DNA of 64,000 bases from Candidatus Microbacterium colombiense (GTDB taxonomy: Bacteria; Actinomycetota; Actinomycetes; Actinomycetales; Microbacteriaceae). Location of the stretch: NCBI GenBank assembly GCA_029203165.1, contig CP119308.1, forward strand, positions 2,885,467 to 2,949,466. Direction: 5' to 3'. This document shows positions 30,292 to 40,243 of the stretch, piece by piece. A program made the translations under genes and the position numbers. Positions within the stretch are counted from its first letter, which is position 1. Each line of letters starts with the position of its first letter. The notes beneath the pieces were generated by a model that searched no databases, had not been told where the DNA came from, and saw nothing but the letters and a program-made list of their open reading frames with translations.

Positions 30292-30759
30292 ATGAGTGCG
30301 TCGAAAAAACATCCCACGCTGGATGAGGTGTCCAAGACGATCATCGAGTTGCTCCAGGAGGACGGGCGCCGCTCCTACTCCGACATCGGCCGCGTCGTCG
30401 GCCTCAGTGAGGCGGCGGTGCGCCAACGGGTGCAGCGCCTCACCGAGTCGGGCATCATGCAGATCGTCGCGGTGACCGATCCGATGCAGCTCGGCTTCCA
30501 CCGGCAGGCCATGATCGGCATCCGCGTCTCCGGCGATGCCCGGCTCGTCGCCGAAGCGGTCGCGGCGATCGAAGCCATCGACTACGTCGTCATCACGGTC
30601 GGGGCCTTCGACGTGCTCGCCGAGGTCGTCTGCGAGGACGACGAGGATCTGCTCGCCCTGATCAACGACAAGATCCGCCCCATCGACGGGGTCCTCTCCA
30701 CCGAGACCTTCATATACGCCAAGCTGCAGAAGCAGCTCTACAACTGGGGGACCAGATGA
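30292..30759 (+). CDS. Lrp/AsnC family transcriptional regulator
   Basis: 155-aa ORF with an N-terminal HTH (LDEVSKTIIELLQEDGRRSYSDIGRVVGLSEAAVRQRVQRL) and a C-terminal RAM/AsnC_trans_reg domain. Confidence 0.85.
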   Translation: MSASKKHPTLDEVSKTIIELLQEDGRRSYSDIGRVVGLSEAAVRQRVQRLTESGIMQIVAVTDPMQLGFHRQAMIGIRVSGDARLVAEAVAAIEAIDYVVITVGAFDVLAEVVCEDDEDLLALINDKIRPIDGVLSTETFIYAKLQKQLYNWGTR

Positions 30760-32150
30760 GCACCGAACGTACGCAGGCATCCGAGGCCGAGCTCCAGGCG
30801 ATGGCCAAGGACCACCTCTGGATGCATTTCACTCGACAGTCCACGATGGAGAAGTCCGGAGTGCCCATCATCGTCAAGGGCGACGGGCACCACATCTGGG
30901 ATGCGAAGGGCAAGAAGTACTTCGACGGTCTCGCGGGGCTCTTCGTCGTGAACGCCGGGCACGGGCGCCGACGTCTCGCCGAAGCCGCCGCGAAGCAGGC
31001 GTCGGAGTTGGCGTTCTTCCCACTGTGGTCGTACGCGCACCCCGCCGCGATCGAGCTCGCCGACCGCCTCGCCGATGAGGCCCCGGGTGACCTGAACCGC
31101 GTCTTCTTCTCGACCGGTGGCGGCGAGGCCGTCGAGACCGCGTTCAAGCTCGCCAAGCACTATTGGAAGCTGCAGGGCAAGCCCACCAAGCACAAGGTCA
31201 TCTCCCGATCGGTGGCGTACCACGGCACCCCGCAGGGCGCTCTCGCGATCACCGGCATCCCCGCGATGAAATCGATGTTCGAGCCGGTCACCCCCGGCGG
31301 CTTCCGCGTGCCGAACACCAACTTCTACCGCGCGGCGGAGATGGGTGGGCCCGCTGACGACATCGAGGCGTTCGGGCGCTGGGCTGCCGATCGCATCGAG
31401 GAGATGATCCTCTTCGAAGGCGCCGACACGGTCGCCGCGGTCTTCCTCGAGCCGGTGCAGAACTCCGGCGGATGCTTCCCGCCCCCTCCCGGCTACTTCG
31501 CCCGCGTGCGCGAGATCTGCGATCGCCACGACGTGCTGCTCGTCTCCGATGAGGTCATCTGCGCGTTCGGTCGACTCGGCCACACCTTCGCCTGCACGGG
31601 ACTCGGCTACGTGCCCGACATGATCACCTGCGCGAAGGGAATGACGAGCGGATACTCCCCCATCGGCGCCACGATCGTGAGCGACCGCATCTACGAGCCG
31701 TTCTCGAAGGGCGACGTGTCGTTCCCCCACGGGTACACGTTCGGCGGTCACCCGGTGTCGGCGGCGGTCGCCCTCGAGAACCTCGCCATCTTCGACGAAG
31801 AGGGGCTGAACCAGCGCGTGCGCGAGAACTCCCCGCTGTTCCGAGCCGAGCTCGAGAAGCTCCTCGACATCCCGATCGTGGGCGATGTGCGCGGCGACGG
31901 CTACTTCTTCGGCATCGAGCTCGTCAAGGACAAGGCGACCAAGGAGACGTTCGACGACGCGGAGTCCGAGCGACTGCTGCGCGGCTTCCTCTCCCCTGCC
32001 CTGTTCGAGGCCGGTCTCTACTGCCGCGCCGACGACCGCGGCGACCCCGTGATCCAGCTGGCTCCGCCGCTCACGATCGGTCAGCCGGAGTTCCGTGAGA
32101 TCGAGCAGATCCTCCGCGACGTGCTGACCCGCGCCCAGTCGGTGCTCTAG
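30756..32150 (+). CDS. Class-III (omega) aminotransferase, PLP-dependent
   Basis: 464-aa ORF with an ATGA overlap with lrp. Typical segments: FFSTGGGEAVETAFKLA, LVSDEVICAFGRLG and ITCAKGMTSGY (PLP lysine). Confidence 0.85.
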   Translation: MSTERTQASEAELQAMAKDHLWMHFTRQSTMEKSGVPIIVKGDGHHIWDAKGKKYFDGLAGLFVVNAGHGRRRLAEAAAKQASELAFFPLWSYAHPAAIELADRLADEAPGDLNRVFFSTGGGEAVETAFKLAKHYWKLQGKPTKHKVISRSVAYHGTPQGALAITGIPAMKSMFEPVTPGGFRVPNTNFYRAAEMGGPADDIEAFGRWAADRIEEMILFEGADTVAAVFLEPVQNSGGCFPPPPGYFARVREICDRHDVLLVSDEVICAFGRLGHTFACTGLGYVPDMITCAKGMTSGYSPIGATIVSDRIYEPFSKGDVSFPHGYTFGGHPVSAAVALENLAIFDEEGLNQRVRENSPLFRAELEKLLDIPIVGDVRGDGYFFGIELVKDKATKETFDDAESERLLRGFLSPALFEAGLYCRADDRGDPVIQLAPPLTIGQPEFREIEQILRDVLTRAQSVL

Positions 32151-32182
32151 GCGCTCGCGCGCACGTCTCGACGGCTCCTCGC

Positions 32183-33745
32183 TCAGCGGGGGGCCGTCGT
32201 GCTGCGGTGGGCCGTCGTGCCGCGGTGGGCCAGGAGCGCGAGGTGGAGCGCTGCGAGCGTCTCCCCGTCGTCGAGATCGACGTCGAGGAGATCACCGATC
32301 AGCGTGAGGCGCTGGTAGAACACCGAGCGGGAGAGGTGGCTGGCGGATGCCGCCGCGGAGCGGTTGCCCGGATGCGTCACCAGGGCGCGCAGCACGTCGA
32401 GCAGGTCTCCCCGGCGTTCACGGTCATAGGCGACCAGGGGTGCCAGCATCCGTTCACTGTGCGCATGCAGTCGGTGGTCGTCGCGCAGCGAGGCGACCAG
32501 GCGCTCGAGCGGGCGGGCGTCGACTCGCCGCACCCGAGGACCGGAGTCCGATCGATCGCTCGCCGCGAGGTCTCGCGCCGCGCTCAGCGACGCGAGCAGT
32601 TCGAGCACGTCACCGGCCGACGAACCGACGAAGATCGTCCGATCAGGACCGGCGATCCGTGCCGCCAGCGCGTCGGTCAGCAGAACGGATGCGGGAAGCA
32701 GGAGGAGCGCCACATCGTCGTCGCCGATTCGCGCCGCGACCACCGCGCACCCCTCTTGGCGCGCCCGGTACGCGAGTTCGCTCGCCGACACGGCGCCCCT
32801 TGCCACGATGCCATGACACGAGCGTCCGGTCAGGTCGAATCCCCCGGCCGCCAGACGCGCTGCGATATCGTCCGGACTCGCGAAGCGGGCGCCGAGCAGG
32901 TCCTCGATGATCCCGCTCTGCGCGAGGATCGACCACTCGGCATCCCCGCCATCGGCGAGGCAGCCGAAGGCGAGCGCCGTGGCCCCCTGCTCCAACACCG
33001 TGAGGCGTCCGGCCGGATGCGAAGGCCCCGGCAGCGCCAGCAGCGTCCCCCACCTCACCCCGCGCGCCTGCACGGGGGTGCGCTCGGCAGCGCCCCGCTG
33101 CGCCAACGCCTCAGCGACAGGCACCCTCAGCGGCTCCACAGCGATCACCTCGCGCGCGAGGTTCTCCAGCACGACCGGCGCCCCCAGCGCCTTCGCCGTC
33201 TCGGCCACGACGACATCGGCGGGCGCTCCCTGCAGGCTCAGCCCGGTGAAGAGGTCGTGCAGACGCTGGCGCTCGTGCAGGGCGTCGGTCTGCGCGGCGA
33301 TCAGCGCGCGGTGCACCGCCTCGGTGACCGCGACGAACTTCGTCTCCGCGTGCAGGGCGATCAGAGCCATCCCCCGCGCCCTGCACACCTCGACCACCGG
33401 CTCGGGGATGCGCGGGTGCTCCGCCCCCAGCTCGACGACGATGCCTGCGACACCCGCGCGATGCAGGGCGAGCGCGAACTCCGTCAACGCCGCAGCGTCC
33501 GTCGACCAGCCGGCGCCCGTGGTCAGCAGCAGCTCGCCACCGTCGAGCAACCGCGCGACGCCCGCACTGTCGGACGCGTGAGCCCAGCGCACGTCGGCAT
33601 CGAGCGCGGCGCCACCGACGATGACCTCGGGTGAACCCGCCTGCAGCACCGGCTCTGCGAGCACATCGGCGACCGTGAGGAGAGCATCGGAGTGCCGAGC
33701 CGGACGATCTGTCCGATCGAGTGCCAAGTTCTGACGATCTGACAT
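32183..33745 (-). CDS. PucR family transcriptional regulator
   Basis: 520-aa ORF with an N-terminal PurC-like domain (LTVADVLAEPVLQAG...VRWAHASD) and a C-terminal PucR HTH (NRSAAASASHLSRSVFYQRLTLI). Confidence 0.8.
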   Translation of the reverse strand: MSDRQNLALDRTDRPARHSDALLTVADVLAEPVLQAGSPEVIVGGAALDADVRWAHASDSAGVARLLDGGELLLTTGAGWSTDAAALTEFALALHRAGVAGIVVELGAEHPRIPEPVVEVCRARGMALIALHAETKFVAVTEAVHRALIAAQTDALHERQRLHDLFTGLSLQGAPADVVVAETAKALGAPVVLENLAREVIAVEPLRVPVAEALAQRGAAERTPVQARGVRWGTLLALPGPSHPAGRLTVLEQGATALAFGCLADGGDAEWSILAQSGIIEDLLGARFASPDDIAARLAAGGFDLTGRSCHGIVARGAVSASELAYRARQEGCAVVAARIGDDDVALLLLPASVLLTDALAARIAGPDRTIFVGSSAGDVLELLASLSAARDLAASDRSDSGPRVRRVDARPLERLVASLRDDHRLHAHSERMLAPLVAYDRERRGDLLDVLRALVTHPGNRSAAASASHLSRSVFYQRLTLIGDLLDVDLDDGETLAALHLALLAHRGTTAHRSTTAPR

Positions 33746-33845
33746 CCCTCTCCCCTGTCTGCCTCTGTGATCATTGAGGAGTATCAGCGTATCGAACCCC
33801 GGTCAGAGTGTTCGAGAATCCATCTTCAGCAGTCGGAGGAACATC

Positions 33846-35330
33846 GTGGACATCGTCCGTCACGTCATCAACGGCACGGAGGTCGCCGAGGCGGCCCGCA
33901 CCGGCCAGGTCTTCGATCCCGCCACCGGAGAGGTGTCGAAGCAGGTCGCCTTCGCTTCGACCGCCGAGGTCGACGCCGCGATCGCCGCCGCCGCAGCTGC
34001 GGCTCCCGCCTGGCGCGAGACGAGCCTGATCAAGCGCGCCGACGTCTTCTTCCGCCTGCGCCAGCTGCTCAAGGAGCGCACCCCCGAGCTCGCCGCCATC
34101 GTCACGTCGGAGCACGGCAAGGTGCTCTCGGATGCCGCCGGCGAGGTGTCGCGCGGTATTGAGAACGTGGAGTTCGCCGCCGGACTCGTGCATCTGCTCA
34201 AGGGAGAGCGCAGCGAGCAGGTCTCTCGCGGCGTCGACGTGCACTCGGTCAAGCAGCCGGTCGGCGTGGTCGCCGCGATCACCCCGTTCAACTTCCCGGT
34301 GATGGTGCCGCTGTGGATGGTGGCATCCGCGATCGCCTGCGGCAACACGGTCGTGCTCAAGCCCAGCGAGAAGGACCCGTCCGCCGCGGTCTGGATCGCG
34401 AAGCTCTTCTCCGAGGCGGGCCTGCCCGACGGCGTGCTGAACGTCGTGCACGGAGACAAAGAGGCCGTCGATGCGCTCCTCGACTCGTCGAAGGTCTCGG
34501 CTGTCAGCTTCGTCGGCTCCACGCCGATCGCCCGCTCGATCTACCAGCGCGCCTCGGCCGCCGGCAAGCGCGTGCAGGCCCTCGGCGGCGCCAAGAACCA
34601 CATGGTCGTGATGCCGGATGCCGACATCGACGGCGCCGCGGATGCTGCGGTCTCCGCCGCCTACGGCTCGGCCGGAGAGCGCTGTATGGCCGTCTCGGTG
34701 CTGGTGGCCGTGGGCGACATCGCCGACGACCTGGTCTCGGCGATCGCCTCCCGCATCGACGGACTGAAGATCGGGCCCGGCACGGATGCCGCCAGCGAGA
34801 TGGGTCCGCTCATCACGCGCGAGCACCGCGACAAGGTCGCCTCCTACGTCACGGGCGCCGCGGCCGAGGGTGCGAAGGTCGTGGTCGACGGCACGCAGAA
34901 GCAGTTCGACTCCGACGGTTTCTTCCTGGGTGTCAGCCTGATCGACCAGGTCGCCCCGGGCATGAAGGTGTACGACGACGAGATCTTCGGCCCGGTGCTC
35001 ACGGTCGTGCGCGTCGAGACCTACGCCGAGGCGGTCGAGCTCGTCAACGGCAACGCCTACGGCAACGGCACCGCGATCTTCACCCGCGACGGCGGCACCG
35101 CCCGGCAGTACGAGTTCGACATCGAGGTCGGCATGGTCGGCGTGAACGTGCCGATCCCCGTGCCGATCGGCGCCTACTCGTTCGGCGGCTGGAAGGACTC
35201 GCTGTTCGGCGACTCCCACATCTACGGCCCCGAGTCGGTGCACTTCTACACGCGGTCGAAGGTCGTCACGACCCGCTGGCCCGACCACACCCCCTCGCAG
35301 ATCGACCTCGGCTTCCCGAGCAACCACTGA
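33846..35330 (+). CDS. mmsA: CoA-acylating (methyl)malonate-semialdehyde dehydrogenase
   Basis: ORF 33774..35330 trimmed to GTG 33846, with GGAGGA 5 nt upstream. It has ITPFNFPVMVPLWM, VLKPSEKDP and the catalytic GERCMA, and it lacks the general-base Glu context. This is characteristic of MmsA/IolA. Confidence 0.85.
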   Translation: MDIVRHVINGTEVAEAARTGQVFDPATGEVSKQVAFASTAEVDAAIAAAAAAAPAWRETSLIKRADVFFRLRQLLKERTPELAAIVTSEHGKVLSDAAGEVSRGIENVEFAAGLVHLLKGERSEQVSRGVDVHSVKQPVGVVAAITPFNFPVMVPLWMVASAIACGNTVVLKPSEKDPSAAVWIAKLFSEAGLPDGVLNVVHGDKEAVDALLDSSKVSAVSFVGSTPIARSIYQRASAAGKRVQALGGAKNHMVVMPDADIDGAADAAVSAAYGSAGERCMAVSVLVAVGDIADDLVSAIASRIDGLKIGPGTDAASEMGPLITREHRDKVASYVTGAAAEGAKVVVDGTQKQFDSDGFFLGVSLIDQVAPGMKVYDDEIFGPVLTVVRVETYAEAVELVNGNAYGNGTAIFTRDGGTARQYEFDIEVGMVGVNVPIPVPIGAYSFGGWKDSLFGDSHIYGPESVHFYTRSKVVTTRWPDHTPSQIDLGFPSNH

Positions 35331-35359
35331 TCCGGCGACGACAGAGACAGGGAACGCGC

Positions 35360-36748
35360 ATGACGAACTACACCGACCGCCACGGCAACTCCCACCCGCT
35401 CCCCGCCCCCGAGGCGGAGGCGCAGGTGCGAGCCGACGACCGCGGCCACGTGTTCCACTCCTGGAGCGCGCAGGCCCTGATCGACCCGCTGCCCGTCGCC
35501 GCGGGCGAGGGTTCCACCTTCTGGGACTACGCCGGCAACGCGTACCTGGACTTCTCCAGCCAGCTGGTGAACCTGAACCTCGGCCACCAGCATCCCGACC
35601 TGGTCGCGGCGATCCAGCAGCAGGCCGGGCGTCTCGCCACGATCCAGCCGTCGATCGCGAATGACGTGCGCGGCGAGCTCGCGCGCCTGATCGCCGAGGT
35701 CGCACCGGAGGGACTCGAGAAGGTCTTCTTCACCAACGGCGGCGCAGAGGCGAACGAATATGCAGTGCGCATGGCCCGTCAGTTCACCGGCCGCCGCAAG
35801 GTGCTGTCGATGTACCGCAGCTACCACGGCTCCACCTCGACCGCGATCTCGCTCACCGGCGACCCGCGCCGCTGGGCGAACGACGGGGTCGACAACGGCA
35901 CCGTGCGCTTCTTCGGGCCCTACCTGTACCGCTCGCCTTTCCACGCCGAGACCCCGGAGCAGGAGTCCGAGCGGGCGCTCGCGCACCTCGAGCAGACCAT
36001 CCAGCTCGAGGGCCCGCACACCATCGCCGCGATCATCATCGAGACGGTCGTCGGCACCAACGGCGTGCTCGTGCCACCGCCCGGGTACCTGCAGGGTGTG
36101 CGCGAGCTGTGCGACCGCTTCGGCATCGTGTACATCGCGGATGAGGTCATGGTCGGCTTCGGCCGGCTGGGCGAATGGTTCGGCGTCGACGCGTTCGACG
36201 GCCAGCCCGACCTGATCACCTTCGCGAAGGGCGTCAATTCCGGCTACGTGCCGCTCGGCGGCGTCGTGATCTCGGAGCGGATCGCCGCCGCGTTCGACAC
36301 CGTGCCGTTCGCCGGCGGGCTGACCTATTCGGGCCACCCGCTCGCCTGCGCTGCCGGTGTGGCGACGTTCGAGGTGTTCCGCCGTGACGGCATCCTGGAG
36401 CGCGTGCGCGACCTGGGCGAGCGCATCGTCGAGCCGACGCTGCGCGGGTGGGCCGAGACGCACCCGAGCGTGGGCGAGGTGCGAGGCCTCGGGTTGTTCT
36501 GGGCCGTCGAGCTCGTGCGCGACAAGGAGACCCGCGAGCCGCTCGTGCCGTTCAACGCCTCCGGAGCGGATGCCGCCCCCATGGCCGCGTTCGCGGCGGC
36601 GGCGAAAAAGGGCGGCGTCTGGCCGTTCACGCACTTCAACCGCATGCACGTCGCTCCCCCGCTGATCATCAGCGAAGACGACCTGGTGCGCGGGCTCGCC
36701 GTGCTCGACGACGCGCTGGCCGTGGCTGACGAGGCCACCGCCGGCTGA
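35360..36748 (+). CDS. Class-III (omega) aminotransferase, PLP-dependent
   Basis: Located within ORF 34313..36748, with ATG at 35360 (MTNYTDRHGNSHPLP...). It has FFTNGGAEANEYAVRMA, IADEVMVGFGRLG and ITFAKGVNSGY (PLP lysine). Confidence 0.85.
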   Translation: MTNYTDRHGNSHPLPAPEAEAQVRADDRGHVFHSWSAQALIDPLPVAAGEGSTFWDYAGNAYLDFSSQLVNLNLGHQHPDLVAAIQQQAGRLATIQPSIANDVRGELARLIAEVAPEGLEKVFFTNGGAEANEYAVRMARQFTGRRKVLSMYRSYHGSTSTAISLTGDPRRWANDGVDNGTVRFFGPYLYRSPFHAETPEQESERALAHLEQTIQLEGPHTIAAIIIETVVGTNGVLVPPPGYLQGVRELCDRFGIVYIADEVMVGFGRLGEWFGVDAFDGQPDLITFAKGVNSGYVPLGGVVISERIAAAFDTVPFAGGLTYSGHPLACAAGVATFEVFRRDGILERVRDLGERIVEPTLRGWAETHPSVGEVRGLGLFWAVELVRDKETREPLVPFNASGADAAPMAAFAAAAKKGGVWPFTHFNRMHVAPPLIISEDDLVRGLAVLDDALAVADEATAG

Positions 36749-36782
36749 GACGACGGCCCGTGCCCGACGATTCGCCGAGTCT

Positions 36783-36829
36783 GTGACGATTCGCCGACCT
36801 ATTGCGCCGAAAGCTCGGCGAATCGTCAC
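36783..36829. terminator. 15-bp perfect inverted repeat between convergent genes (bidirectional terminator candidate)
   Basis: GTGACGATTCGCCGA (36783..36797) / TCGGCGAATCGTCAC (36815..36829), 17-nt loop. The right arm overlaps the amidohydrolase stop codon. Confidence 0.55.
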
Positions 36830-38508
36830 GACCTCCGTGATTCGTCGGCCCGCTCGTACACCCGCACACCCTCGACCCAGGTCCCGACGACCTCGGTGAG
36901 GCCTATCTCCCGGGCGGGATGCTCGAACGGATCCCGATCGAGCAGGGCGAAGTCTGCCCGCATCCCCACCGCGATGGTGCCGGTGTCATCGAGGTGGTTC
37001 ACGCGCGCGGAGCCTGCCGTGTATGCGGCGAGCGCGGTCGCGAGATCGATCGACTGCTCGGGGAGGAAAGCCGGATAGTCCCCCTCCCACTCGGTCGGCG
37101 CGGACTGCCGGTTGACCGCCACATGGATCGCGGCCATCGGGTTCGGCGTGCTCACCGACCAGTCGCTGCCTGCGGCGAGCGCGGCGCCCGAGCGCAGCAG
37201 GTCTCCGAACGGATACTGCCATCCGCTGCGCTGCTCCCCCAGGTACGGGAGGGTCAGATCGACCATCTGCGGCTCCAGCGTCGCCCACAGCATCTGCATG
37301 TTCGCGGTGACGTCGAGCGCGCGGAACCGCGGGATGTCGTCGGGGTGCACGACCTGGATGTGCGAGATGTGGTGCCGGTTGCCCCGGGGGCCGTTGGCGA
37401 TCAGTGCGGCCTCGACCGCATCCAGGCACTCACGCACCGCCCGATCGCCGATCGCGTGGAAGTGCAGCGTGAAGTCGAGGGCATCGAGCCGGATGGCGGC
37501 CTCCTTCAGCAGCTCGGGTTCGACGAACGAGATACCGGAGTCCTCCCGCGGATGCCCGTGGCCGTCGCAGTACGGCTCGAGCATCGCGGCGGTGAAGTTC
37601 TCGGCGACGCCGTCCTGCATGATCTTCACGCTGCGCGCCCGGAAGCGCCCTGCCGTGCTCGCGTCACGGCGCGCGACGATGTCGTCGATCTGCTCCAGCC
37701 CCTTCGAGCGTTCCCACCACAGCGAGCCGACGACTCTGCCGGTCAACTGACCGGATGCCGCGGCCGAGAGGTACGCCGGAAGCGGATCGCCCGCATCCCC
37801 GTACTCGGTGCCGACGATCGCATCCTGCCAGGCCGTCACTCCGAACGAGTGCAGATACCGCTGCCCCTGCAGCAGCGCCTCGACCATCCGCTCCGGCGCT
37901 TCGATCGGCAGTAACCGATTGACCAGCCCCATCGCCCCCTCGTGCAGCGTGCCGCTCGGGGCTCCGGTGGCATCCCGCTCGATGCGCCCGTCCTCCGGAT
38001 CCGCGGTGTCGCTCGTGATCCCGGCGAGCTCCAGCGCCCGCGAGTTCACCCACGCGCCGTGCCCGTCGCGGTTGGGCAGGAACGCCGGACGATCGGGCAG
38101 CACGGTGTCGAGGTCGGCCGCGCTGGGCGTGCCGCCGGGGAACGCCGACATCTGCCAGCCACCACCGAGGATCCACTCATCGTCCGGATGCTCGGCGGCG
38201 TACTCCGCGATCCGCGCCAGGTACTCATCCCGAGTCGACAGCGCCGAGAGGTCACAGCGCAGCATGTCGAGCCCGCCCCACACCGGATGCACGTGAGCAT
38301 CCTGGAACCCCGGCACCAGCAGCCCACCCGCGAGGTCGACGACCTCAGTGTCGGGGCCGATCAGCGCCGAGACATCATGACCGACCGCCGTGATGACCCC
38401 GTCGGTCACGGCGACCGCCCGCGCCGTGGTGCGCGCGCCGTCCGCCAGGAACACCCGACCGCCCTGCGCGCCGCCCGTGAACACCAGATCAGCGAAGACC
38501 ATCGTCAT
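36826..38508 (-). CDS. Amidohydrolase family protein (YtcJ-like metal-dependent hydrolase, Amidohydro_3)
   Basis: ORF 36826..39222 trimmed to ATG 38508 (ATGA overlap with the permease stop). An alternative ATG is at 38502. It has LLVPGFQDAHVHPVWGG (HxH metal site), NRDGHGAWVNS, FHAIGDRA and AAGSDW. Confidence 0.8.
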   Translation of the reverse strand: MTMVFADLVFTGGAQGGRVFLADGARTTARAVAVTDGVITAVGHDVSALIGPDTEVVDLAGGLLVPGFQDAHVHPVWGGLDMLRCDLSALSTRDEYLARIAEYAAEHPDDEWILGGGWQMSAFPGGTPSAADLDTVLPDRPAFLPNRDGHGAWVNSRALELAGITSDTADPEDGRIERDATGAPSGTLHEGAMGLVNRLLPIEAPERMVEALLQGQRYLHSFGVTAWQDAIVGTEYGDAGDPLPAYLSAAASGQLTGRVVGSLWWERSKGLEQIDDIVARRDASTAGRFRARSVKIMQDGVAENFTAAMLEPYCDGHGHPREDSGISFVEPELLKEAAIRLDALDFTLHFHAIGDRAVRECLDAVEAALIANGPRGNRHHISHIQVVHPDDIPRFRALDVTANMQMLWATLEPQMVDLTLPYLGEQRSGWQYPFGDLLRSGAALAAGSDWSVSTPNPMAAIHVAVNRQSAPTEWEGDYPAFLPEQSIDLATALAAYTAGSARVNHLDDTGTIAVGMRADFALLDRDPFEHPAREIGLTEVVGTWVEGVRVYERADESRRS

Positions 38509-39362
38509 CCTCCTGCCATCGTGCGGGCGATCTCGGTCGCCGAGTCCCCCGCTCTCTTCAGAACCACGGCCACGAGAGCCAGCGCCAACAACGTGAGCAC
38601 CAGCATGATCGTCGACACCGCCGCGATCTCCGGCCGCAGTCCGCTGCGCAGCGCGCTCAACACGTACACCGGCCACGGTGTGGTGCCCGAGACCTGTACG
38701 AACGCCGAGACGACAGTGTTGTCGAGGCTCAGCGTGAACGACAGCAGGAACCCGGCGAGCACGGCCGGCATCGCGAGCGGCAGCGTCACCTTGAGGAACG
38801 TCCGCACGGGCGGGGCGTAGAGGTCGGCCGAGGCCTCCTCCAACCGGGAGTCCAGTCCGACGAGGCGCGCACGCACGATGTACGACACGATCGCGACCGA
38901 GAAGAGTGACTGGCCCACCACGAGCCTCATGGTGCCGTCGTTGAAGATGCCGATACCGACGTCCTGCCCGAGGAACACCAGCCACGGCAGTAGTGCCACG
39001 GCATCCACGATCTCGGGCGTGACCGACACCAGCAGCAGGAGCCCGAGGAACCACCACACCCACTTGCCAGGGTTGCGGGCCATCGCGATGCCCGCGAGCG
39101 TGCCCAGGGCCGTGGCGAGGAGAGCTGCGAGCAGACCGGTGCGCACCGACACCAGCACGGCATCGCGGATCGCCGGCTTGTTCACGATCGCGAGGAAGGA
39201 CTCGAAGCCGAAGTGATCCCACGACACGAGCAGGCGCCCCACGTTGAACGAATACGCGATGATCACGAGGATCGGCAGGAACAGGAACAGGAACACCGCT
39301 CCCGCCCAGATCGGCAGCAGGAACCGGGCGAAGCCGCGACGCGGGCGCGTGTTCATGGTCAT
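38505..39362 (-). CDS. ABC transporter permease (PotC/spermidine-putrescine type)
   Basis: ORF 38505..40040 trimmed to ATG 39362 (ATGA overlap). It has six hydrophobic helices and the EAA-like LEEASADLYAPPVRTFLKVTLPL. Confidence 0.8.
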   Translation of the reverse strand: MTMNTRPRRGFARFLLPIWAGAVFLFLFLPILVIIAYSFNVGRLLVSWDHFGFESFLAIVNKPAIRDAVLVSVRTGLLAALLATALGTLAGIAMARNPGKWVWWFLGLLLLVSVTPEIVDAVALLPWLVFLGQDVGIGIFNDGTMRLVVGQSLFSVAIVSYIVRARLVGLDSRLEEASADLYAPPVRTFLKVTLPLAMPAVLAGFLLSFTLSLDNTVVSAFVQVSGTTPWPVYVLSALRSGLRPEIAAVSTIMLVLTLLALALVAVVLKRAGDSATEIARTMAGG

Positions 39363-40243
39363 GATCCCTCCCCCAGAACGAGACGGTTGCGTTGTCGGAC
39401 GGGCAGCGTCGCGAGCCACAGCAGCACGGCCGCCGCGGCGATCGAGAGCATGATCACGAGGATGAGCAGCACGGCCATCGCCGAACCCAGCGCCCAGTTC
39501 TGCGCCGTCTGGAACTGGCTGGCCACGACCTGCCCGATCATGTTGCCCTTCGCCCCTCCCAGCACGGTCGCGGTGATGTAGTCGCCCATGAGCGGGATGT
39601 ACACCAGCAACACGCCGGCGATGATGCCCGGGCGCGCCAGCGGCACCGTGATGCGCAGGAACGTGGTGATGCTTCCCGCGCCCAGATCCTTGCTGGCCTC
39701 CCGCAAGGGTCCGGACACCCGGTCGAAGGCGACGAACAGCGGCAGGATCATCAGAGGCAGATAGTTGTAGACGACACCCAGCAGCACCGCTCCGCGTGAG
39801 TACAGCAGATCGAGTGGCCCCGGGATCACGCCGATCCCCTGCAGCAGCTGCGACAACCAGCCCTCGGGTGCGAGGATCACCTGCCATCCGATCGTGCGCA
39901 CCAGGAAGTTCGTCCAGAACGGCACCATCACGAGCGCCAGCAGCAGCCCCCGCTTCGACGGGGCGGCCTTGACGGCGATCCAGTAGGCGACGGGAGCGCC
40001 GATCAGCAGACACAGGAAGGTGCCGAGGATGCCGATCCACAACGTGTTCAGGAACGTGCTGAAGAACGTCGGCGACATCGCCTCGACGTAGCGGTCAAAC
40101 GACAGGTGGTCGAGGGCATGCGTGGCGAAGATGCTGGGCTTGTAGCCGAAGCTGAACACGACGACCATGCCGATCGGCGCCACGAAGAAGATGAGCAGCC
40201 AGACCCAGGCGGGGATGGCGAGACCGAACTTGAGCTTACGCAC
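39359..40243 (-). CDS. ABC transporter permease (PotB type)
   Basis: 294-aa ORF with the EAA-like REASKDLGAGSITTFLRITVPL and six hydrophobic helices. Confidence 0.8.
   Translation of the reverse strand: MRKLKFGLAIPAWVWLLIFFVAPIGMVVVFSFGYKPSIFATHALDHLSFDRYVEAMSPTFFSTFLNTLWIGILGTFLCLLIGAPVAYWIAVKAAPSKRGLLLALVMVPFWTNFLVRTIGWQVILAPEGWLSQLLQGIGVIPGPLDLLYSRGAVLLGVVYNYLPLMILPLFVAFDRVSGPLREASKDLGAGSITTFLRITVPLARPGIIAGVLLVYIPLMGDYITATVLGGAKGNMIGQVVASQFQTAQNWALGSAMAVLLILVIMLSIAAAAVLLWLATLPVRQRNRLVLGEGS

Noticed and set aside
33771-35705. 644-aa minus-strand ORF (also 35246..36829, 28900..30780, 60015..61910, 25885..27291)
   Set aside because: All are antisense to well-supported genes (mmsA, aminotransferase, acyl-CoA dehydrogenase, MMPL, MFS) and have Arg/Gly/Asp/His-biased nonsense-like composition.
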